Positions 18,660 to 29,200 of a stretch of 64,000 nt of DNA are shown here, piece after piece. The notes under the pieces were generated by a model. It had not been told where the DNA came from and searched no databases. It saw only the letters and a program-made list of their open reading frames with translations. Each line of letters opens with the position of its first letter. The first letter of the stretch is position 1. This stretch comes from a virus. The position numbers were made by a program, and so were the translations under genes. Where the stretch lies: IMG/VR virus record IMGVR_UViG_3300042901_002277, one strand, 5' to 3'.

Positions 18660-20117
18660 TTAGATTGTGTCAGTTTCTGCTTCGAGCAGCTGGAATTCAA
18701 CAAGCGACTTCATGAAATCTCCATCAAGGGTTTCATCTTCTTTCTTGCTCATTCCTTCGCCACCTGCAACCCAGCCTGCTGGGATTAGATTTTCTTTGCC
18801 GAGTTCACGAGCGCGCTTAAGGATGTGTCGCTTTGCGGCTTCCTTGTCTTTTGCTCGACCGAATGCTTGAATCGCATTTCTCAGGTCGGACTCGCTTGCA
18901 ATTGGGTATGAGCCATCTGGAAGCGCGTTTCCTTCCTTGGCCATTGAATTACGCTGCTCTTCGGTGAATGCGCGCTTCAGAGCAATTTCTGCTGCTTCGG
19001 CTTCAATCTCTTCTGCTTCTTCTGGTTCGTACTTGTCGTAACCAAGAACTTCGCCATCAAGAGCAACGAATACATCGTATGACTTTCCGTCAAATCCTTC
19101 GATTTCAACAGCGTATGAGTCGATGCCTTCGAAGTTGTCTGGCTCAACAGCAACCACATGACCGTCAATTGACTTGACTGCGATTTCAGCTGCGTCAGTG
19201 AAGCTAATCAAATTGAGTTCATCAATTGCTGCCTTCTGCTCAAACACGCTTTCATCAAGCTTGTGCCAGCCCATGACTTCTGCCGAAGTTCCATCAATGA
19301 ACACTTCGACTGCCTTGCCATCCTTGCCCTGAACATCAATGACGAACATGTCGGCATCTGGTGAGTAACCTGAATCGATTACTTTTCCATCGAACATTTC
19401 TTCAGCCATTCCCTCAACACTCAAGAGGCCTGGCATTCCTTTTTCTGCGATACATCCACCTGGGCAGTTGTCGCAGACAGAAGTTACGGCTGAGTAGGAC
19501 TTACGCTCAATTGCGCAGATGTAATCATGGTCGCCAAGCTCATCTGACTTCATTCCCATTGTCGCCATGCGGCGCTTGCGGAATTTTTCCATCATGATAT
19601 TTTGCTTCTCAGCTTCCGCCATGTCCTCTTCATCTTCGGAGTCCATGTCGTCTTCCATCGAGCCTTTTTCTTCTTCAGTGAAGTCTTCTTCGTCTGGGTA
19701 TTCAGCTTCAAATTCGTCTTCTTCACCGGCACCTTTTTTCTTGAACTTGTGCATAGCGGTGTTGACTTTTTCTTCATCATCCATCATGTCTTCGTCATCT
19801 TCCATGTCTTCCTCTTCGGACTCCATGTCTTCTTCCGCGCCTTCTTCCATGTCCTCTTCCATGCCCATGGCCTTCATTGGCTTCTTCTTTGGCATCATGC
19901 CGTACATCTTTTGCATGTCCTCTTCGGTCATGTCTTCATCAGCAACATCAAGGTCTGTTGCTGGTACCATCTTCATCTCTACTGGCATTGCACCGCATTT
20001 GCCACACACCTTTGCGCCTGGTGTAAAACCGCATGCAGAAGCCTCAAGCCCCTTGGCGCACTTGAGCACAGCTCCTTCGCTGTCAATACTCACTGTTGCC
20101 TTGTCGTCGTAAGCCAT
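18660..20117 (-). CDS. Acidic scaffold-like head protein with Cys motifs, two PepSY-like domains and a DUF6582-like C-terminus
   Basis: D/E/M-rich tract; CGKCG, CDNCPGGC; AAEIAVKSIDGHVVAVE...YAVEIE...YDVFVALDGEVL; ALPDGSYPI...LRNAIQAFGRA. Confidence 0.65.
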   Translation of the reverse strand: MAYDDKATVSIDSEGAVLKCAKGLEASACGFTPGAKVCGKCGAMPVEMKMVPATDLDVADEDMTEEDMQKMYGMMPKKKPMKAMGMEEDMEEGAEEDMESEEEDMEDDEDMMDDEEKVNTAMHKFKKKGAGEEDEFEAEYPDEEDFTEEEKGSMEDDMDSEDEEDMAEAEKQNIMMEKFRKRRMATMGMKSDELGDHDYICAIERKSYSAVTSVCDNCPGGCIAEKGMPGLLSVEGMAEEMFDGKVIDSGYSPDADMFVIDVQGKDGKAVEVFIDGTSAEVMGWHKLDESVFEQKAAIDELNLISFTDAAEIAVKSIDGHVVAVEPDNFEGIDSYAVEIEGFDGKSYDVFVALDGEVLGYDKYEPEEAEEIEAEAAEIALKRAFTEEQRNSMAKEGNALPDGSYPIASESDLRNAIQAFGRAKDKEAAKRHILKRARELGKENLIPAGWVAGGEGMSKKEDETLDGDFMKSLVEFQLLEAETDTI

Positions 20118-20254
20118 AAAATAGAGCTCCTTGCGCCTAATGGTATGCAGAAGGCTAAACAGCCAACTGTTTATTAAATTATTTGTTTGTAAAAGTATAA
20201 CCTACCACAGCGCCGCTATGGGAAGTATTGATAAAACGCTTTTCTAATTATCTG

Positions 20255-23200
20255 TTAACGTCTACTTTTCGAGTTGTCGTGAAGTCGGAGAAGACTTGTC
20301 CATTGAGTTGGAGACAGGAACCCTTGTGCCTTGAATTGCGAAACAAGGCTTTGAGCGAAATTGCTCCACGTGGCATTTTCTGCCCAGCCCATTATTTCAT
20401 TTTGCATTCTTGGGGTTATGTTCTCTGGGGCTCCGTTGTTCTTGCGTCCAGATGCAAGCTTTTCAACTGCTTCCTGTCCGGTGTTGGATATTCTGCGAGC
20501 AGCTCTTCTTCCGCTACTCAACGAACCACCACTCTTAATTGACTCAACCGTCTCGTCGGTGTCGAACATTGTGTTAAGTCTGTCAACTATTACCTGAACT
20601 TCGTCATCGGAATAACGAAGTGCTTTTCCAGTGTTTTTACTGAATTTTCCTTCTTTTCCTTCTTCGAAAGCCTTGAGTCTTGTTTGGACCTTGGTTGCTC
20701 CAATCACTTCGTCAAGTTCTCTACCTTTTACTCTTTTGCCTCTTCTGGCAAGAGTGTCGGTGATGTTTTTCCAAAGGTCGAATTGTCTAATTGAGTTGTC
20801 AAACTTAACTCCCTCTTCACCGAATACGTCTCCAGCGCTTGGGATTATGCCCTTGTCGACAAGTTGCTCAATAATGGATGTCGGAACTCCTTCTTTTTTC
20901 CATTTTTTAAGCTGTATTGCAGTTGGCTTAATCTCTTCACCGTCAACCTCAAACGTAATGGCTTCTGCTAGGTCGTCATCAGACTCAACTCCGAATGATT
21001 CTGCAAGGGCAGAAACGGGGAAGGCGCTCTTTGAAACTTCTCTAGCAACAAACTCCTCAGGAAGCTCGAAATCTATTGGTGCGTAGAGGGGGTACATCGC
21101 TATACCCTCTTCTTTGTAGTCCTCGTATTCTGCTCTGCTTAGCTGATTACCTCTACGACGGTCATACCAGTAAGGAGCTGCATCGAAGCCCCAAACTGCC
21201 TCAAGCGTCTCGTATGACCTGCCTGGGTCTCTGCCGTTAAAGAATGCCCTGTCGATAAATTCGTAAGCGTCTATTTCAGAAATACCCGCCCCATCTTGGA
21301 ACATCTTTTCAAGTTCTATCTCGCTTACGCCAAGGAATTTTGCACTCTGCTCCCTGTCTAGTGGGTTCCCGTCTTCGTCCCTAAGAATTTGCTCGAGTTT
21401 TTTAGCGTCAAGCATCCACTTACCATCTGGTGACCTGTCGTTATTCCCTGACATTTTGCCAAATTTTATTTTGACTTTGTCCTGAAGGTAATTGCCGACA
21501 CTGTTTCTGGTCTCGCTGTTAGGGAATCTGAGTCTTCCAGAGCTGAGTCGGTCGGTACCAAATTCATCTTTGCTTGGTCCTGGTCGCCTCTTGCTTGGGA
21601 TAGTTGCTGCTCTTTGTCTTACTCCGTCAGCGAATGCCTGTCTATCGGCATCCGCCATTGGGCGACGCTTTGAGCCTTGAGTTCTATTTCTTCTACCAGA
21701 AGAAAACTCTGCTGCATCGCCTTCAACCATATCGAAGTTAGAGAGGTTCCTAGGAGAAAAAACATCATCAGGAGTTCCCGTAATATCTTCTCTGTCTATG
21801 GCCACTCCATTGTCTTCAAAGAACGTCTGAGTGCTAAAAAGGTCGCTCAGCTCGTCTTCAAGACCATTTACGTTCTTGACGTACAAATCTCCAAGCTTTG
21901 ATGCAAACTCTTGTGGAGTCAAATCTCCACGGTCTGCAGAATCGATGAGTTCTTTTATTTCGGCAATTTGCTCTTCGTGGGTAACCGTGGAGAATCTGTC
22001 TTCTACGTCGTCAATTTCCTCGAGTGCATAGATAATGGAGTCTGCGTCAGATTTGATTAGGTCAATAGCTCTTTCGTTGTCCCCATCGGCAAGGTCTATA
22101 TTTCTCTCCATCGCTGATTCGAAATCAACTGGGCCTGGAATGTCCCTTGCCCCCATGCGAGTTGTGGTTCTGAAGGCATCTTCTAGTTCAGAAATGCTGC
22201 CCTTCATGTCCTCAATCTCGTCATTTAGTCCAGAGAGGGTCTCTTCTGTACGTCTCAATTCATCGTGAATTCTGTCTATCGCATCGTCGATGTCCACCAG
22301 CAAATCCATCTCATCTTCTGCAACTGGCGCATATTTGTCAATTTCGAAAATAGACGAACCGGCAGGCATTCTCTTGCCATCAAGCAAGGAACGGAGCAAA
22401 TCATTTCTTAGAGCGACAAGTCGGTCGAGAGATTGAACTGCTTCGGCGTGGTCTTCAAGAGGGATTGTTACGCGGAACTCACCTTTTTTCTCTGTTCCAA
22501 GCCTTCCGCCAAAAGCATTTTGTACAACCATGCTCTCGTATCGAGCGTCGTCCTCAATCTCCGCACGCACTTCATCAAGTGGTCTGATTCTCCCAGAACT
22601 CAATCTGCCTGAAGTGACATTTCTTGTTCTTTGCGCCCTGGCACCAGGGGTGCCACGTGGAACACCTGGTTGTGTCGGGTTGTATGGAGCATCCGCGCCG
22701 TCAACTAGTCCCTCAATCTTGTGGAGACTGTAACTTCTGTACTGACCTTGGTCATCGTCAAGACCTACGACATATATGCCGCCGCCTTTTTTGGCCATCA
22801 TTCCAGTTGGGTAGATGGTTCTTGGCTTTCCGCCGTACGTGAATGAAACGCTTTCACCGTTCCTGCGTATCGAGTCAAAATCGTACTTATCAGCAGGCAC
22901 AGGGGCTAATCGAGAAGCGATGTATCTTGAGTTTGAACCAGCTTCATCCGTTCTCTTAAGAGCATTCGATACTGTGCCAATTGTTTCTACTGGAGTTTCG
23001 TCGTATCTTGAGCGAACGCCAGATGAAAGCCTGCCATTTTCTCTTGCAAGCTCCATCCGAATATCGCTGGCCTCATCTGCCCAGTCTTCTGCGCTCCATT
23101 CAAGACGTGATTCATCAATCTCCGCAATCATCCGCGTGTATTGCTGCCTGTCGTAACGTTCGTTCACAATCCTTATGGAATCTTGATACTCTGCGTCTCT

Positions 23201-26200
23201 GCGGGCTGTTTCTTCGTCAAGCATGCTTGATATTTTTTCAAAATCTGTTTCTTCTTTGAATTTTTTAGCCCATGCTTTACGGGTGTCTTCGTAATCGCTA
23301 ATCCACCTAGCCACATCTTCAGGACTGTCGTATTCATCGCTGACGACTCCAGCCCAATCACGGTCGGAGTCCTCATTGAATTCAAGTCGCAGCAGTGCTG
23401 CACTCCAAAGGCCGTTTTCGCCCTCGGTGATGTCCCATTCATTGTCTGAAGCCCTTGATTCTTCAAAATCTGCACGGCCAACAAAGTAGTGCCTGTCGTT
23501 AATGCGACCACCTCTTGCCATATCAAATCTGGTTAAGAGTTCATCTCCGAATGCGCCCATTTCGTCAGCAAGGGTTCTTATTGTTCCTTCTGGATTCCTT
23601 ACGTATTTTTCACGTTTGCCAGAAGAAAGTGAAGGACCGATGTCGCCATATCCTCCGTCGTTGTTGCCTGGGAGTACTCCTGACTCTGCAACTTTTTTGC
23701 CGAGCTTTGCGCTCATTGATGGAGACTTTGATATTGCGTAATCATGTGCTTTTTGAGCTTCGCCAAAAGCCTTCTTCATTGCATCAGGGTCAGACTTAAG
23801 TTTCTTCAACCAGCCAGCAAGATACTGCGCATGGTCCTCTCTTGGCTCTGGGGTTAGACCATGTGCAGCCATAAAGAATGCAGAAGCTATTTCTGCAACA
23901 AGTTCTTCTTGTGCATACTCAGGGCTTCCAAACTCTCCAAGATGGTCTCTGTTCAGACGTGATGGATGTCCTGTCCAGTGCATTAACTCGTGAGCGAATA
24001 CCGCGTAATAACCTTCTCTGCTCTTGAATGCAGAGAATGGAGGAAGATGTATTTCGTCTGTTGATGGTCTATAGAATGCTCTATCTCCACCAGTATTAAC
24101 AACCGCACCAACTTCTGACAAGGCTTGTTCAAGTTCGGCTACGCGCTCTTCTTCTGGGAGTTCTGGGACTCTGAACTTCTCCTTATCGATTCCGTCAATT
24201 TGGTCGATGTTGAAAACATGTCCAGTCTTAAAGAACACTCCTCCGGACCCGCGAATTTCATTTCCGTCTGCATCCTTCTTTTTAGGAATAATTGTAGGAA
24301 TCAATATCAAGGTGCCTTTTTCGCCCTTGCGTACTGTTCCGCCCTCTTTTTTCCACTGATTAAACCCAGCCCATAGAGGCATGTCGTAACCCATTGCGTC
24401 CTGCTTGAACATCAGCATTACGCTGTTGATTCCGCTGTAAGGACGGTTGTTGTTCGTTACGTTCTTCGGCAGAGATGTCTTGTGCCAAGGGAACTCCCAC
24501 TTGCCATCACCTGATTCTTGAATCTTTTCTATTTGCTCTATCAGGTTTGATTGAACGCTTCTGTAAACCTCGTCCAACTTTCCTGATGAAAGCCTTTGAC
24601 CAACTTCAAGGTCATCAAGAGGACTTACGTAATCTTTTCTTCCAGAAGAGAATGCTCCATCGCGGTCAAGCCAGCGTTTTGCTTCTTTATCCATGCTGCG
24701 CATGAGTTGCATATGCTTTTGCTCGCGAGTTCTAATATCTTCTCTGCTCATTCCAAGGGCTTCTGCCGTTGCGGCAAGAGACTCCCCGCCCATGCGGCGA
24801 AGATAAATTGATTCATTCAGAGCAAGCTCTGCTGCTTCTTCTGCAGCCATGCGTGCCTGGTCTTCACGATAAGCCTCAATGTCATCAAAGTCTGGAGTTT
24901 GCAATGTTCCGCGCTCGCGGGCCATATGGCGCATTTCTGCTTGTCTAACTTCCTCGCGCTTCATACCAAGAGCTTTTGCTGTTTCTGCAAGAGACTCTCC
25001 AGCCATGCGGCGTTCAAATACTTCTCTGTCAGAGATTCGCGATTCCTGTTCTTCGCTTATTCTTCCTGAAGAAAGGTTTCTGTCTTGACGGTTGTCGTAG
25101 AGCCTTTCCAGATAATCCTGGTACATCGCCTTTGCGGCTCTGTTGAAGTTGTCGCTGTAGTTATCGCCTTGTTCTCTGTACTCGTCTAGATATTCTTCCT
25201 GCTTCGGTGAATCACTGCTGTAAAGCCAGTGGTCAAGAATTCTTTCTACTTCATCTTCGCTTGAGCCATCTGAGGAGAGGTCTCTCCGCATCTCCGACAT
25301 CATGTCAGCCCATTCTCTGTCGTCCTTGTCGAGCTCGAGCATCATTTCACGGTCCGGGTGAGCTTCTGGCGTGTACTCCAATAGGCTCGACAAATCCACA
25401 TCATGGTCTTCAAGGGTCTGCCAATCTCCATCCCTTGCTGCGTCTACGAGGAAGCTGGCATAATTGTCTCTAATTGCATCAACATTGTCACCACGTTCGT
25501 AGTCACCTGAATCATCAATGAATTTTCTAAAACCATAATCAAAATCTGGGTCTGAATCTGCACCACCAATTACGCGGCCTATTTCATCTGCAAGATTTTT
25601 GGCTGCCTGTTGCTTGTCGATTTCGTCAAGTTCGTCAAATTTGCGCATCCCTGAAGAGAAGCGTGAAGTCAGCCCACTGTCGCTGAGTTTTTGTTTAAAT
25701 GCTTCTTGGTGCTCTGCGCTTCCGTATTCAGCTCCGGCTGGTTTGTAGTTCTCCGCTACGTATTGCAGCTTGTCAATTGGGGCTGCTTCTTCGTAGATAC
25801 TCTCGAAGTACTCTTGGTCGGATGCATCACTGCGTCGTTCTGGTTTGGCGTAGTCAATTAGCTCTTGTTCGGTTGTTGGACCATAAACTGATTCATATTT
25901 TTCTTCGTCGGTTCCATCTGCGTCTACGAATTCATTAAACACCCAATCGTCCCAGGACTCACCTTCTGGAAGCATGTCATCAAGAATGTCGATAAATGCC
26001 GCATTTCTGTTGAACATCTCTCTTTCGCGGTCATCCATCGGCACTGGTCGGTCGCTGTCTGTTCGTCCAGAAGAAAGACCTGACAATGAGACTTCAGCAT
26101 CACTGTCGTATTTTTCAATCCAGCCAAGTGAGCCAAGGTCTAGTTCCTCTTCGGCTCGAGTTACAGCGACATAAGACAGCCTGAGTTCTTGCTCATCAGG

Positions 26201-29200
26201 GAATACAACGTTGCCCAAATCGTCTTTTTTCGGTCCTCTAAAGTCAGACCAAATCAACACCCTTGGCGACTCTAGGCCCTTAGATGTATGTGCAGTCTGT
26301 ATGTGCACGTACTCATCTCTGTTTTTAGGCAATTTAGCCTTATCCGTGATAACTCTGTCCAAGGCGTCGCGAAGTTCTTCAAACGAATACTTGTCAAGTA
26401 TCTTTCCAAGCATGTTCAGTCGATTGTTATCTTTTTTCTCAATCGCTTTATTGAATTCATCTAGGGTTGTTATACCGTCTAGGTCTTGGCTCTCCTTCGG
26501 CTTGCCAAAATTTTGCTTGCCATCAACATCCGTGAAGTAACCCGTTCCAGTTGCTGAAGTTGTCATGTACTCAATGTTGTCAATGAACGCACTAAGGTCG
26601 TCTTTGAAGTTTTTGCTGCCATAGACAGTTCTACCTTTTTCAAAGCTATCCAGCGTTGCTGCTATTCCTCCGCCGTTAGACCTTGTCAAAATCATTGTTG
26701 GATTACTGATTGAGCCAACTCTTCCATCTACAGGTCGTCCGGACTTGTCTGTTTTTCTACCGTTCATTCGCTCGGTTCTTCCGAGCAAATTCAAGAACCT
26801 ATTTCCCCTATCGGCTATTTCTTTTCCAAATCTGAAGGAGTCGGTAATTGGCATGTCGTATTTTGCATATGCATCAGCAAGGGTTTTCCCGTCAGCCCCA
26901 CGCCACGCGTTAATAGCCTGGTTCGTATCTCCGATGTAAATTCGCTGAATACCATTTGAGTTACGCAATATTCCGGCAAAAACAGGATTCATATCCTGGG
27001 CCTCGTCGACCATTGCCACGTTTACTCCCTCGGAGTCACCAATGTCAGGATTCGTTAAAGCCCACATCTTTGTTACATGCATGTTCGTCATCGGAAGCAT
27101 GCCCTTACCCGAGTCGCTGCCTTTTGGAGCAACTCGCGGAGTATTCATGTCTTCCCACATCTTTTTAGCAAATGGGAGAAGTTCTGCGATAATTTCAGGA
27201 TTTTCTACGGCCATTTTGCCGTTGTACTTTCCCGCGAAGTGCTGTGAGCCAATTTCTGTATCACCACTAATTGCAAAGGCATCTACAGCTTTTGCGACTC
27301 TCTTGTACACATCTACTGCTGTTAATTCTTTACCTTCGTCAACAGTCCCTCTTGTGCCCAGGTAGGTTGCTCTGTCTACGAATCTCATTATTGGTTTTAT
27401 ATATGCGCTGTCTTTGGAGAAACTCTTTGCCGTCATTTCCGGATTGATTGTACGCATTGCGTTGTATGAAACGCCGTCCATCGTCATTACCTTGACATTG
27501 TCCGGCATCCCTCTCTTGCCAGCATCGTCTTTTGCATTTGCGTTGAAGACCAAATACAGAGCTCTAGCTGAAGGTTCTGTATCTTTGAGTCGTTCTGCAA
27601 AATTTATTACCGTAGTAGTTTTTCCGGTTGCTGCAAGAGCTGAAATCTTTACATCATCTCCAGTCATCATTGCGTCTATTGCATTCGACTGCTCCGGAGT
27701 TGGCTTTCTGCCACCAGGTGCATTTGGGTAGTCGTATTCAGGTACGTCTGCCAGGTCAATAATTTCTCTTCTCTTTCCAGAGAATGGAGCGCTTGGTGAT
27801 TTTGATGTAGAAGTTTTTGGAGTACTATCTGGTTTTGCCCCACCGAACATTCTGTCCAATGTCGACCATTGTTTTTCAGAAAGCTTTCCGTTTCTGCGGT
27901 ACTGACGAGCAACGCTTGCGGCGAAAGTCTCTGTTCCGTCAGGCTTGCGAGCCGAGGCTGATTCAGCAGCTTCTATCAATCTTTTTTGTTTAGCTGAATC
28001 AGGAATCGCACCAGAAGAAAGTTTTCCGTCATCAACAGGCTTGGAACGTTTTTCGTTGACAGAGGCAATTTCTCCCTCCATGTGGAACCGAGCCTGCGCC
28101 CAATCTCCCGCATTAACAAGCCTCTCAAATCTTGCTCGCGACTTATCTGTTGGACCCTCTAAGTCAAGGTTTCTCTCTTCTAGTGCGTTGGCGATAATTT
28201 CGTCAAGTTCACCCATGAGGCCCAGGTATGCGCGTGCCCGACCATTAATCGGGCCATCATTGATTTCGTCTCCGTTGACTCGGGATTTTAACGCGCGAAG
28301 GTCCGCTAGTACCGGCTTCCAAGCGGCAAGTCTCTCTGTCTCACTACCAAATTGATTACCAGAAGAAAGTTTGCCTTCTGAATTAAGCTTGCGAAGTTCC
28401 TGAAGGTCTGGTCCTTTTGCTGCACCAGCACCAGCTTTTTTCTTTTTCTTTTTCTTTTTCTTTAGTGTGTCTGCATCCAAAAGACCAATGTCGTTCAGGT
28501 ATTCGTTGAGGGTGGCGATGTCTTCTTTTGCCCAGTCCTGCGTGTCTGGGTACTTAGACTTGACGTCTGCTCTAAGGGCCGATTCAATTCCGTCCCAGTT
28601 GTCTGAGTCATCCCTGCTGTGCGCATCAAGATAGGCGCTAACCGATTTTGCATAGCTTGAATACCAGTTGCTGTATTCTTGCGAAGCTTTTTGCTTCTCG
28701 TTGAACTTTTCAGGACGCTTTCTTACGGAATCGCCATTCCACATAACACGTGCTTGGTTGACTCCGATTTCGCGACCACGGAGATAGTCAGAACTTAAAT
28801 TGTTATCTGCGTTGTAGCGTGGAACTTCTTCCCAGCCAAGACCCTGCTCATCCCATGCTTTAGCGATTGCTTCGTGGTCTACGCGCTTCTGATTTTCTTC
28901 AGCATTTGGGAATTGCTTTTCCATGTCGGCAGAACGGTCTGCATGGCGACGCTCATTACGCTTGCCAGAAGAGAGTTTTTCTGTATCAGCAAGTTCGGCT
29001 CGCTGACTCATCTGCCTCTTTGATGGCTTCGGTGAATTGATGGAGCCAGGACCAGAAGGCGTTGGGTCGGGTTGTTCCCATGGCGTGCCGTCGCCGACCA
29101 TGCTATTTAGGTTTGCGTCTTCGACTGTTCTTGGGTCCCAGCCTGGAGGCGGATTTATACCGGAACCACGAGAGCGACGACCCCTTTTACCGCCAAGATT

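Noticed and set aside
19567-20177. Long + strand ORFs (181 and 191 aa) and many similar antisense ORFs across the window
   Set aside because: Shadow frames of low-complexity genes on the opposite strand.
28436-28463. Lys8 tract as a frameshift site
   Set aside because: Encoded by alternating AAG/AAA codons, with A-runs of only about 5; more likely a basic linker, unlike the A11 run at 29281.
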